A stretch of 64,000 nucleotides of DNA from an uncultured delta proteobacterium. Its GTDB lineage: Bacteria > Desulfobacterota > Binatia > Binatales > Binataceae. The notes below the pieces were generated by a model. The model did not search any database. It was given only the letters and a program-made list of their open reading frames with translations, and had not been told where the DNA came from. Shown here piece by piece: positions 8,551 through 18,126 of this stretch. How positions within the stretch are numbered: the stretch's first letter is position 1; each line of letters opens with the position of its first letter. The position numbers were made by a program, and so were the translations under genes. The stretch is from contig CAVXXK010000001.1 of assembly GCA_963765675.1 (NCBI GenBank), forward strand, positions 512,001-576,000. Reading direction: 5' to 3'.

Positions 8551-9948
8551 ATGGCGGACACAGAAAAATACGAAACTCTAGTTCTGGGAAGCGGAGAAGC
8601 CGGCAAGTGGATCGCCTGGACGATGGCCGATGAGGGTCGTCGCACGGCGATGGTCGAGCGGAAATGGCTCGGTGGTTCGTGCCCGAATATCGCATGCCTG
8701 CCGAGCAAGAACGTGATCTACTCCGCGCGGGTAGCATCGCTCGCGCGGCGCGGTGCTGAATTCGGACTGGAAATGGATCAGCCCCGAATCAGTATGGCCG
8801 GCGTTCAGCAGCGCAAACGCAAGATGGTGGAAGAGGAACATCAGTTCCACGCCAAACGTACCGCGGACGCCGGAATAGAATTGATCATGGGCGAAGGCCG
8901 CTTCGTCGCGCCAAGAACGATTGAGGTCGCGCTCAATGCCGGCGGCACCAGGCGGATTGTTGGAGAACGTGTGTTCCTCGACCTGGGTTCGCATTCGACG
9001 ATGCCCAATGTTCCCGGGCTCGCCGCATCGAATCCAATGACCCATATCGAGTTGCTCGATCTCGGTCGTCTGCCGCGTCATCTCATAGTGATTGGCGGCG
9101 GCTATATAGGCCTTGAACTTGCGCAGGCTATCCGGCGGTTCGGATCGGAGGTGACCGTGATCGAACGAGGCGCGCAACTCGCCGAGCGCGAAGATCCTGA
9201 CGTCGGCGCCGCCCTGCTTGATTTGTTTCACGACGAAGGAATCGAGGTGTTGCTCGGCACTCAGGTCTCTAAGGTTGAGGGACATTCAGGGAAGGAGGTT
9301 CGAGTCTACGCGAAGAACGGCCCCGGTGAACGGATCGTCGAAGGCAGCGATCTTCTCGTCTCCGTCGGTCGGACGCCGAATACGAAAGGAATCGGACTGG
9401 AACAAGCCGGCGTCGAGCTCGACGAGCGCGGTTATATCAAGGTCAACGACCGCCTCGAAACGACCGCATCGAACGTTTGGGCGATGGGCGATTGCGCGGG
9501 CAGTCCGCAATTCACACACGTCGCGTATCACGACTTCCGCGTAGTGCGTGACAACTTAAAGGGCGGCAATCGAACCACGAAGGATCGTATCGTGCCCTTC
9601 TGCATGTTCACCGATCCGGAGCTGGCCCGCGTCGGCCGCAACGAGACCGAGGCGAAGCGCGACAAAATCGAATATCGCGTCGTGAGACTGCCGATGGCGA
9701 ATGTGCTCCGCACCCATACGATTGCCGAGCCGCGCGGCTTTATGAAGATGCTGATCGGCAAAGACACCGACCAAATCGTGGGCTTCACCGCGTTTGGTAT
9801 CGAGGCAAGCGAGCTGATGGCGGCGGTTCAAACCGCGATGGTTGGGCGACTGCCGTACACCGTGTTGCGCGATGCGATTTTCGCTCACCCGACAATGTCC
9901 GAGGGGTTGATCTATCTTCTAGGACAAGTCGAAAGCATCAAGGGTTAG
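8551..9948 (+). CDS. Pyridine nucleotide-disulfide oxidoreductase (RclA/MerA-like group)
   Basis: GGSCPNIACLPSK redox disulfide, IGGGYIGLE, GD and HPT motifs; no C-terminal Cys-Cys of true MerA. Confidence 0.88.
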   Translation: MADTEKYETLVLGSGEAGKWIAWTMADEGRRTAMVERKWLGGSCPNIACLPSKNVIYSARVASLARRGAEFGLEMDQPRISMAGVQQRKRKMVEEEHQFHAKRTADAGIELIMGEGRFVAPRTIEVALNAGGTRRIVGERVFLDLGSHSTMPNVPGLAASNPMTHIELLDLGRLPRHLIVIGGGYIGLELAQAIRRFGSEVTVIERGAQLAEREDPDVGAALLDLFHDEGIEVLLGTQVSKVEGHSGKEVRVYAKNGPGERIVEGSDLLVSVGRTPNTKGIGLEQAGVELDERGYIKVNDRLETTASNVWAMGDCAGSPQFTHVAYHDFRVVRDNLKGGNRTTKDRIVPFCMFTDPELARVGRNETEAKRDKIEYRVVRLPMANVLRTHTIAEPRGFMKMLIGKDTDQIVGFTAFGIEASELMAAVQTAMVGRLPYTVLRDAIFAHPTMSEGLIYLLGQVESIKG

Positions 9949-10060
9949 TAAGAAGTAGATTTACCTTCGTTTGTATCCGCCCGCGAAGCAGCAATGGCAA
10001 TCGGCACGATACCGTGTCATGTAGAGACAGATTTCTTACGGCGGCGCAGGGCGCAGATCG

Positions 10061-10783
10061 ATGAGCGAGCGGAAGGCTGGCGCGATTCGGATCGGAACCT
10101 CAGGGTTCAGCTACAAGGAATGGGTTGGCGGATTCTATCCGGCGAAAACGCCCGGCACGAAGATGCTCGAGTACTACGCCGAGCGTTTGCCGACGGTTGA
10201 AATCAACATGACTTTCCGCCGCCTGCCGACACGCACGCTGCTGGAGGGTTGGGCGGCCAAAACTCCCGCGCATTTCCGCTTCGCGCTCAAGGCTCCGCAG
10301 CGCATTACTCACTTCGCCAAACTACGCGGCACCGAGGAGGTGCTCGACTACTTTATCGAGACCGCCGGCGCGCTTGGCGAGCGTATCGCGCCGACACTGT
10401 TTCAGCTTCCGCCGAATTTCAAGCGCGACACCGAGCTGCTGAAGGATTTTCTCGCTCAACTTCGCGGGCGGATGCCGGTCGCGTTCGAGTTCCGCGACAA
10501 ATCATGGTTCGACGATTCAACTCTCGCCACGCTCTCCGACGCGAACGCCGCTCTCTGTATAGCGGAGAGCGAAAAGCTCGCGACGCCGGTGGTGCGGACC
10601 GCACCATACGTCTACCTCCGGCTGCGGATGGAGAACTACGACGACGCAGGGCTTGCGCAGTGGGCCAAACGCATCGCCGAGTTTGCGGATGACGGCGCCG
10701 ACGTATTCGCGTACTTCAAGCACGAGTCGTCCGCCCCCGACCTCGCAAACCGCCTCCGCGCCCTGCTCCCCGGAGCAATTTGA
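10061..10783 (+). CDS. DUF72 domain protein
   Basis: IRIGTSGFSYKEW, VEINMTF, KAPQRITH, LFQLPP, FEFR, YLRL and YFKHE motifs. Confidence 0.93.
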   Translation: MSERKAGAIRIGTSGFSYKEWVGGFYPAKTPGTKMLEYYAERLPTVEINMTFRRLPTRTLLEGWAAKTPAHFRFALKAPQRITHFAKLRGTEEVLDYFIETAGALGERIAPTLFQLPPNFKRDTELLKDFLAQLRGRMPVAFEFRDKSWFDDSTLATLSDANAALCIAESEKLATPVVRTAPYVYLRLRMENYDDAGLAQWAKRIAEFADDGADVFAYFKHESSAPDLANRLRALLPGAI

Positions 10784-10853
10784 GACTGATACGGAAGAGG
10801 CGACACGAGTCCTGGACGAATTCATCCGCGGAACGCTGTAGGAGAAAACGGAA

Positions 10854-11261
10854 ATGAACGTCGAAAATGCACTTTACCCGACGGCTCAACAGATCGAGAC
10901 GCTGCGCAACGATCCCTCGCCCAAACCGATCGTGATGCTCAACCTGCTTAAATTTCGAGTCGCGGCGCAATATCCAGACGGCCGCAAGAACGAGCTTACG
11001 GGCGCGCAGGCATACGCGATATACGCCGAGGCGATGCGCAAGATCGTCGAGCGTGGCGGTGGAAGATTCCTCTTTGTCGGCGACGTGAAGTACCTTCCGG
11101 TCGGCAAAGTCGAAACTAATTGGGACCTCGCGGGCCTCGTTGAATATCCGTCGCCGGCGGCGTTCGTGAAGATTGCAACCTCACCCGAAGTCGCCGAGAT
11201 TGGCGTGCATCGCGCGGCCGGTCTCGAGGGTCAACTGCTGATCTGCGTGTCGCAGCGATGA
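10854..11261 (+). CDS. DUF1330 domain protein
   Basis: PIVMLNLLKF...AY..Y...GGR...WD...VEYPS pattern. Confidence 0.85.
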   Translation: MNVENALYPTAQQIETLRNDPSPKPIVMLNLLKFRVAAQYPDGRKNELTGAQAYAIYAEAMRKIVERGGGRFLFVGDVKYLPVGKVETNWDLAGLVEYPSPAAFVKIATSPEVAEIGVHRAAGLEGQLLICVSQR

Positions 11262-11269
11262 AGGCGGCC

Positions 11270-11445
11270 ATGCGATATGTTCCGCGCGTCGTGCTGGGAC
11301 TGATGATGCTGACGAATTTCGGCCGCGGCTTAATCCACGCCTTCGCGCCGGATCGCCGTGCTGATTGCCGCGCGGCCGCGGACCATTCGTGCTTGAAGTA
11401 TACGAGCACACAACGGATCGCCTCGAGCTCGATCCGCTTTGACAA
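11270..11445. pseudogene. Degenerate remnant: truncated membrane-protein start (+) abutting an inverted DUF72 C-terminal fragment (-)
   Basis: + strand MRYVPRVVLGLMMLTNFGRGLIHAFAPD then loses coherence; - strand KRI...VLVYFKHEWS matches the DUF72 end (23/27 nt). Confidence 0.45.
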
Positions 11446-11505
11446 AAATTTAGATCGGAACTAGCGTGGCCTTCGAGCGTCGATGATCCCGCCCGGAGGC
11501 AGCGT

Positions 11506-12504
11506 ATGGAACTCCGACCATTTGGCAAGACCGGTATTCAGATCTCCGCCGTCGGCTTCGGATGCTGGGAGATCGGCGGCGGCTACGGCAGTATCGAGGA
11601 GTCCGAGTTCATCAAGGCGGTCAATCGCGCGCTCGATCTCGGGATCAACTGCTTCGATACCGCGGAGGCGTACGGCTTCGGCGCGTCGGAAAAATCACTC
11701 GCGAAAGCACTTGGCTCACGCCGCAAGGAAGCCGTCATCACGACCAAGTTCGGTGTCGGCTACCCCGACACGCCGAATTATCGCGACAGCACCCGCAAGC
11801 GCGTCATCGAGTCGATCGACAAGAGCCTCAAGGCGCTTAACACCGACTACGTCGACGCCTATCTGATCCACTGGCCCGATCGCGTCACGCCGTTCGAGGA
11901 GCCGATGCAGGCGCTCGATGAGCTGGTCAAGGCGGGCAAGGTCAGGGCAGTGGGCTTGTCCAACTTCAAGCTCAGCGAGATCGAACGATGCGCACGCACA
12001 CGTCGCGTCGACGTGGTCCAGTACTGCTGGAACATGTTCGATCGGCGCATGCAAAAGGAAATCTTCCCGTACTGCCGCGAAAACGGTATCGGCGTGATGG
12101 CGTATGGCTCGCTTGCCTACGGGATGCTGACCGGCACGCTCAGCGAGGAGTCGGCGTTCGAGAAGGGCGACTGGCGCTCGCGCCGCGGCAAGCTCGGCAA
12201 TATCAACCTGTTTCAGCATCTGTTCGGCCCCGAGCATTTTCTCAAGAACCTGCGCGCGGTCGAGGATCTGAAGCCAATCGCGAAGCGGTACAACAAATCG
12301 CTTCCGCAGCTTGCGCTGCGCTGGACGCTCTCGAATCCGGTTATCAGCACGGCGCTCGTGGGATGCCGCAATCCGCGCGAGGTCGACGACAACGCCGGCG
12401 CGCTTGGATGGTCCATCTCGGACGCCGACATGAAAGAGATCGACGCGATCTTTGCGCGTCACGGCGCAATCACGATGCCCGAAACCTGGCTCGAGACTGA
12501 ATAG
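11506..12504 (+). CDS. Aldo/keto reductase
   Basis: GFGCW, FDTAEAYG, TKFG, YLIHWPD and GLSNF motifs. Confidence 0.95.
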   Translation: MELRPFGKTGIQISAVGFGCWEIGGGYGSIEESEFIKAVNRALDLGINCFDTAEAYGFGASEKSLAKALGSRRKEAVITTKFGVGYPDTPNYRDSTRKRVIESIDKSLKALNTDYVDAYLIHWPDRVTPFEEPMQALDELVKAGKVRAVGLSNFKLSEIERCARTRRVDVVQYCWNMFDRRMQKEIFPYCRENGIGVMAYGSLAYGMLTGTLSEESAFEKGDWRSRRGKLGNINLFQHLFGPEHFLKNLRAVEDLKPIAKRYNKSLPQLALRWTLSNPVISTALVGCRNPREVDDNAGALGWSISDADMKEIDAIFARHGAITMPETWLETE

Positions 12505-12549
12505 TCACTTGCTAATGAACTGAGTCGCCGCGAATAGCGGAGGTGCAGC

Positions 12550-13941
12550 ATGCCGGTTCAGAAATTTGCGCCGATGACCAAGAATTTCCCGACCTTCGAT
12601 TGCGACGCTCACGTGACCGAGCCGCCGTGGCTCTGGGAGCGCGCGAAAGACTGGCTGACCAAAGACGAATACGAGGCGCTAAAAAATACCATCTGGTACG
12701 ATCCCGAAACCGATCAGCTAATAGTCAATGGCAAGGGCGGCGCGGGAATCGGCTCGCAGCGTATCGGTGGAGCGGCCGGGATGGTCAACGTGCTGTCGCT
12801 TGCAGGCCCCGGGCTCAAGCACGATATCCAGCGCGCGCTCAACGTTCGCAATTTGAATCCCAAGACCGCGCTCACCAAGGAACAGGCTGAGTATATCGAT
12901 CACAAGGGTTCCTACGAGCCCAAGCCGCGCCTGCGCGACATGGACGTGCAGGGTATCGACCAGGTGATGATCATTCCGACCGACATCGATACTTACCCGT
13001 GGCTGCTGAGCGCCGTCGGCGCCAAGGCGATGTGCAAGGCATACAACGATTGGGCCCACGAGTACTGCCAGGAGAATCCCGAGCGGCTCTATTTCGCCGC
13101 GATGCTCCCGATGCAGGATCCAAAATTCGCGGAACAGGAAGTATATCGCGTCGCGGACAAGGGATGCCGCGTCGGCCTGGTGCGGCCGATCGATGCGATG
13201 GGCAATTATCCGATTCAGCCCAAATACGAGCGCGTGTGGCGCGCGATGGAAGAGACCGGAGTCGTGTACGGGATGCATCCGTTCCCGGCTTTCGGCTCGC
13301 TCAAGCCGCCAGGCTACACCGAGCAACACTCGGGCGCCGAGCTGATCTCATTGACTGCAACCTCGTCGGGCTTGCCGCACTCGTTTCTGATCAACGTGCA
13401 GGATTTCCAGGCGGAAGCGTCGCTGTGGGTCGTGATGGTCCTGATGTCGGGATTCTTCGACCGCTTTCCGAAACTCAGGGCAGCGGTGTTCGAGGCGTCA
13501 TCGACCTGGCTCAGCTTTATCCTCGATGAATGCGACAAGAACTACCGGCTCTATCGCAACGAGCGGCGGCTGCGGCCGCTCAAGAAACTCCCGAGCGAGA
13601 CATTCTTCGAGCGCTGCGTGACAGGTTTCGAGGGCGATGAAGCTCCGCCGTCACGCCTGCCGGAATTTTACGAGAATATCCTGGCGTGGTCGTCCGACGT
13701 GTACCATCACGACGGCGACGACGCGTGGCGCGCGATCGATACGATGCGGAAATGCGAACTGCCGGAGCCGTATCAAGCCAAGTTCCTGGGCGGCAATGCA
13801 CGCAAGATGTACCGGATCGATGCGCCCAAAAATTTTATCGCCGATCGCGTCACCGAAATCGATCGTCCGGACTGGTGGCCGACCGAGGAAGAAATCAAGC
13901 GGTCACTGAACCCCGAAGCTTCAGTCAGACGGCCGCGTTAA
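12550..13941 (+). CDS. Amidohydrolase_2 family protein
   Basis: FDCDAHVTEP, RLRDMDVQGID, AYNDW, MHP and SSDVYHHD motifs. Confidence 0.88.
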   Translation: MPVQKFAPMTKNFPTFDCDAHVTEPPWLWERAKDWLTKDEYEALKNTIWYDPETDQLIVNGKGGAGIGSQRIGGAAGMVNVLSLAGPGLKHDIQRALNVRNLNPKTALTKEQAEYIDHKGSYEPKPRLRDMDVQGIDQVMIIPTDIDTYPWLLSAVGAKAMCKAYNDWAHEYCQENPERLYFAAMLPMQDPKFAEQEVYRVADKGCRVGLVRPIDAMGNYPIQPKYERVWRAMEETGVVYGMHPFPAFGSLKPPGYTEQHSGAELISLTATSSGLPHSFLINVQDFQAEASLWVVMVLMSGFFDRFPKLRAAVFEASSTWLSFILDECDKNYRLYRNERRLRPLKKLPSETFFERCVTGFEGDEAPPSRLPEFYENILAWSSDVYHHDGDDAWRAIDTMRKCELPEPYQAKFLGGNARKMYRIDAPKNFIADRVTEIDRPDWWPTEEEIKRSLNPEASVRRPR

Positions 13942-13961
13942 CGACGGTGGAAAGGACGACC

Positions 13962-15251
13962 ATGGCGAACAAGCGGTTTGCGGTTTTCGACAGCGACTCG
14001 CACGTCGTCGAGCCGCCCGAGTTGTGGAGCAAATACCTCGATCCGGAATTCCGCACGCTCGGGAAAATCGCGCTCTGGCGTGAAGACGGCAAGCTCGGCT
14101 CGTATCTCAAAGTCAACGGCAAGGTATTCCGCGATCCGATGAACTCGAACATCCCGCGCCACGCGATCTGGCGGCCCGGGATGACGTGGGACAAGGTCGG
14201 CGAGCTCGATCCTGGCATTCGCCACGCGGCGACCGCGGGTGCGTCGAACGCCGAGGCGCGCCTGCGCGACATGGATGCGATGGGCGTCGATCAGGCGCTG
14301 CTCTACCCGACCTGGTTCGCCGAGGGCTTCCACCTCGTCGAGGATCCCGATATCGCGTACGCGCTCGCGCGAGCCTACAACGACTGGATCGCGGATTTCT
14401 GTAAAGCCGCGCCGGACCGACTGTTCGCCGCGTCGATGGTGCCATTGCAGAACATGGACTACGCCGTCGAGGAGCTTCGCCGCACCGCGAAGATCCCCTG
14501 TTTTCGCGCGGCGTTTATCCGGCCGATGTTTTTGGAGGGCCACTACTTCACCCATCCGATTTACGATCCGCTTTGGGCCGAGCTCGAGAGCCTCAGCACG
14601 ACCGTCGCGGTGCATCCGGCGACCGGACTATGGAATCCGGAATGGACTTCGCACGGCCCGTTCTTCGAGAAAATAAAGACTCGTCTGAACCATCGCGCGT
14701 TCTCAACCGCGGGAGGAGCCGGTCCTGCCGCCGGTGGTGGCTCTGACATCACCTTCGGCTTCACCGCGTCGCCGCCGCTGGGTCATCCGATAGCGCAGAT
14801 CCTTGCGCCATGGCTCGACAATCACATGTTCGTCGCATCGACGCTGATCGGGTTCACGGTGATGCAGCGCTATCCGAACATGAAGATGGTAGTCGCGCAC
14901 GGCAAGGCCTCGTGGATGGAAGAAGTGCTGGAGAAGATGGAAGCGTCAACCCGCACGATTCCGCTGCTGCACTACTATCCGGTGCGGACCGACACAGAGG
15001 AGATGTGGAAAGAGGGCAAGATCATGCTCGGTTTCGACGCCGAAGAGCGGCTGATCCAGAAGCTACCCGACGACTTCGCCGAGAAAATCGTGTGGGGCTC
15101 GCGCTATCCGCATCACGACACAACCAGCGCCCACGACGCGATCGCGACGCTCACAGACGCTCGCGTCGAAGAACCGACGATCGCGAGAATGCTGGGCGGC
15201 AATGCCGCCGAACAATTTGGCGTCACGCTGCCGCAAACCGCAGCCGAATAG
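13962..15251 (+). CDS. Amidohydrolase_2 family protein with altered active-site residues
   Basis: FDSDSHVVEP, RLRDMDAMGVD, AYNDW and VHP; GSRYPHHD instead of GSDYPH; start refined to ATG after AAGGA. Confidence 0.85.
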   Translation: MANKRFAVFDSDSHVVEPPELWSKYLDPEFRTLGKIALWREDGKLGSYLKVNGKVFRDPMNSNIPRHAIWRPGMTWDKVGELDPGIRHAATAGASNAEARLRDMDAMGVDQALLYPTWFAEGFHLVEDPDIAYALARAYNDWIADFCKAAPDRLFAASMVPLQNMDYAVEELRRTAKIPCFRAAFIRPMFLEGHYFTHPIYDPLWAELESLSTTVAVHPATGLWNPEWTSHGPFFEKIKTRLNHRAFSTAGGAGPAAGGGSDITFGFTASPPLGHPIAQILAPWLDNHMFVASTLIGFTVMQRYPNMKMVVAHGKASWMEEVLEKMEASTRTIPLLHYYPVRTDTEEMWKEGKIMLGFDAEERLIQKLPDDFAEKIVWGSRYPHHDTTSAHDAIATLTDARVEEPTIARMLGGNAAEQFGVTLPQTAAE

Positions 15252-15335
15252 TGTGCTTACCAAATTCGTCGTCCGCCGATGAAGGCCGAGATCCGGCAAG
15301 AGCATGATTGCGAACGCGTGAAGAGGCCTTGAAGC

Positions 15336-16502
15336 ATGGATTTTGATTTAAACGATCAGCAGCAGGAGATCGTACGGCAGGTCCGCGCCCTGTGCGCCAA
15401 TTTTCCCGACGAGTATTGGCGGGAAAAGGATCGCAAGGCGGAATTTCCAAACGAATTTTTCCGGGCGATCGCCGAAGCGGGATATCTGGGAGTGGCTATT
15501 CCCGAGGAGTATGGCGGCAGCGGTCTGGGCGTTACCGAGGCCGCGTTGGTGTTGCTCGAAGTGGCGGCCTCCGGCGGCGCGATGGCGGCCGCCAGCTCGA
15601 TCCATCTTTCGATCTTCGGTGTGAGTCCGCTGGTGCATCACGGCACCGAGGAACAGAAGCATCGCTACCTGCCGAAAGTTGTGCGTGGCGAGATCCACGT
15701 CGCGTTCGCGGTGACGGAACCCGACGCCGGCAACGACATCACCCATATAAAGACCGCCGCGCGCCGCGACGGCGATTCCTACGTGCTCAACGGCCGCAAA
15801 GTTTTCACAACCAAGGCGCGCGAGGCGAGCAAGATGCTGATCCTGACGCGCACCACGCCGTTCGAGCAGGTCAAGCGAAAGACCGACGGGATGAGCCTGT
15901 TCTTCGCTGATCTCGATCCGGCCGCCGTCGAGGTCCGCGAGCTGGAAAAGTTGGGCCGCGCGGCCGTCGATACGAACATGCTTTTTGTCGACAACTTGCG
16001 AGTTCCGACGAGCGACCTCATCGGCGAAGAAGGACGCGGCTTTCACTGCCTTCTCGACGGTCTCAATCCGGAACGAATTCTCGTCGCCGCGGAATCTATC
16101 GGTATCGGGCGCGTGGCGATCACGAAAGCGATTCGCTATGCCAAAGAGCGCATCGTCTTCGATCGTCCAATCGGAAAAAATCAGGCGATCGCGCATCCGC
16201 TGGCTGATTCATACACCAAACTCGAGGCCGCGGAATTGATGATGCTCCGCGCGGCGACTCTGTATGATCGTGGCAGGCCGTGTGGCGGCGAGGCTAACGC
16301 CGCCAAGCTTCGCGCGGCCGACGCTGGATTTGAAGCATGCGATCGCGCGGTTCAGACGCTCGGCGGATACGGTTATATACGCGACTACGACGTCGAGCGG
16401 TATTTCCGCGAATGCCGCCTGACGAAAATCGCGCCAGTCTCACAGGAGATGGCGCTCAATTCGATCTGCGAGCACGTTCTTGGCCTTCCACGCTCGTATT
16501 AG
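15336..16502 (+). CDS. Acyl-CoA dehydrogenase
   Basis: PEEYGGSG, FAVTEPDAG, LNGRKVF, NPER and QTLGGYGY...VERYFRE motifs. Confidence 0.95.
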   Translation: MDFDLNDQQQEIVRQVRALCANFPDEYWREKDRKAEFPNEFFRAIAEAGYLGVAIPEEYGGSGLGVTEAALVLLEVAASGGAMAAASSIHLSIFGVSPLVHHGTEEQKHRYLPKVVRGEIHVAFAVTEPDAGNDITHIKTAARRDGDSYVLNGRKVFTTKAREASKMLILTRTTPFEQVKRKTDGMSLFFADLDPAAVEVRELEKLGRAAVDTNMLFVDNLRVPTSDLIGEEGRGFHCLLDGLNPERILVAAESIGIGRVAITKAIRYAKERIVFDRPIGKNQAIAHPLADSYTKLEAAELMMLRAATLYDRGRPCGGEANAAKLRAADAGFEACDRAVQTLGGYGYIRDYDVERYFRECRLTKIAPVSQEMALNSICEHVLGLPRSY

Positions 16503-16536
16503 TGAAACCGTGGAGGGCTGAACAAGGAGTAATCCA

Positions 16537-17664
16537 ATGCATGTAGGGTATGGAGTTGCCTTTCAGAATCCGCACAACACAATTTCCGACGCCGAGGTCT
16601 ATCGCAACGAACTGAGACTCTGCGAGATGGCGGAGCCGCTCGGCTTCGATTCGGTCTGGTCGGTTGAGCATCACTTCGACGACTACACGATGTGCCCTGA
16701 CGTATTGCAGTTCCTCGCCTACATGGCCGGCAAGACCAGCAAAGTGCAGCTCGGCTCGATGGTTGTGGTTCTGCCGTGGCACGATCCAGTTCGCGTCGCC
16801 GAGCAGATCTCAGTGCTCGATCATGTTTCGAATGGCCGCTTCATACTGGGACTCGGCCGCGGCCTGGCGCGAATTGAGTATGAGGGATTCCGTCTCGATC
16901 AGAATGAGGGACGAAACCTGTTCGTCGAGTACGCCGAGCTGGTGCTGAACGCGCTCGAAACCGGCTACATGGAGGGCGGCAAGTATACCAGGCAGCCGCG
17001 CCGCGATATCCGACCGTTCCCCGCGCGCTCATTCAAAGGACGGACCTACGCGGCGGCGGTCTCTCCCGAGTCGATGCCAATCATGGCGAAGCTCGGTGTG
17101 GGGCTTCTGGTTATTCCGCAGAAGCCATGGGAAGCCGTCAAAAAGGATTTCGAGATTTACCACAAGGTCTGGCGCGAGGTTAACGGTAGCACGCCTGCGC
17201 CGAAGCCTCTGTCCGGAGGATTCTGTTTCGTTGACGAAAACAAGGATCGCGCTGAAGAAATAGCAATGAAGTGGATATCGGATTATTACCACACCGCGAT
17301 GCGCCATTACGAAATGACCTCGCAGCAATTCGGCTCTCATAAGAGCTATGAGTTCTATAGCAACGTCGGAAAGTATATCGCGAAACATGGGTTGGACAGC
17401 GCGGCGGCGGACTTCGCAAAACTGATGCCGTGGGGGACACCGGACCAGGTGCTCGAGAAAATCCAGTTCATCAAGGACACGATCGACGCGAACGGCGTGA
17501 TGCTGAATTTTAGCTACGCCGGGATGCCATTCGGCGAGGCCGAGCGGAACCTAAAATGCTTTGCGAAACACGTGCTGCCTGAATTGAAAAAGATGAAAAC
17601 CGACGCGCTGCTCACCCAGCCGTCTTCGTTGCCGATGCCACAGAGGAGCGCGGAGGCGCGCTGA
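16537..17664 (+). CDS. LLM-class (luciferase-like) flavin-dependent oxidoreductase
   Basis: GFDSVWSVEHHF and HDPVRVAEQISVLDHVSNGRFILGLGRG motifs. Confidence 0.92.
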   Translation: MHVGYGVAFQNPHNTISDAEVYRNELRLCEMAEPLGFDSVWSVEHHFDDYTMCPDVLQFLAYMAGKTSKVQLGSMVVVLPWHDPVRVAEQISVLDHVSNGRFILGLGRGLARIEYEGFRLDQNEGRNLFVEYAELVLNALETGYMEGGKYTRQPRRDIRPFPARSFKGRTYAAAVSPESMPIMAKLGVGLLVIPQKPWEAVKKDFEIYHKVWREVNGSTPAPKPLSGGFCFVDENKDRAEEIAMKWISDYYHTAMRHYEMTSQQFGSHKSYEFYSNVGKYIAKHGLDSAAADFAKLMPWGTPDQVLEKIQFIKDTIDANGVMLNFSYAGMPFGEAERNLKCFAKHVLPELKKMKTDALLTQPSSLPMPQRSAEAR

Positions 17665-17670
17665 TTCGCT

Positions 17671-18126
17671 ATGGCCGGACTTTTTTTCGAGGACTTTCAC
17701 GACGGGCAGACGTTCAAGCACGCGATCACCCGGACGATCACCGAGATGGACAATGTGCTGTTCACCGCGCTGACGCACAATCCGCAGCCGCTCCATCTCG
17801 ACGCCGAATTCGCGAAGACCACGGAGTTTGGACGCCCGCTCGTCAACAGCATTTTCACCCTGGGCCTGATGATCGGCGTCTCGGTCGGAGACACTACCTT
17901 GGGCACCACAGTCGCCAATCTCGGCATGACCGATGTCGTGTTCCCGAAGCCGGTTTTTCACGGCGACACTCTTCATTCCGAAACCGTTGTGCTCGAGAAA
18001 CGCGAGAGCCGCTCGCGCAAGGACGCCGGAATCGTCCTCTTCGAGCATCGATGCATCAACCAGCGCGGCGAGGAAGTCGCGCGATGCAAACGCTCGGCGC
18101 TGATGCGCAAGCGGCCGTCGTCATGA
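17671..18126 (+). CDS. MaoC family (R)-enoyl-CoA hydratase/dehydratase
   Basis: [21 protein letters not shown] and [11 protein letters not shown] motifs. Confidence 0.93.
   Translation: MAGLFFEDFHDGQTFKHAITRTITEMDNVLFTALTHNPQPLHLDAEFAKTTEFGRPLVNSIFTLGLMIGVSVGDTTLGTTVANLGMTDVVFPKPVFHGDTLHSETVVLEKRESRSRKDAGIVLFEHRCINQRGEEVARCKRSALMRKRPSS

Noticed and set aside
8551-9948. Mercuric reductase (merA) call
   Set aside because: It lacks the C-terminal Cys-Cys pair and NmerA domain, and there is no mer operon context.
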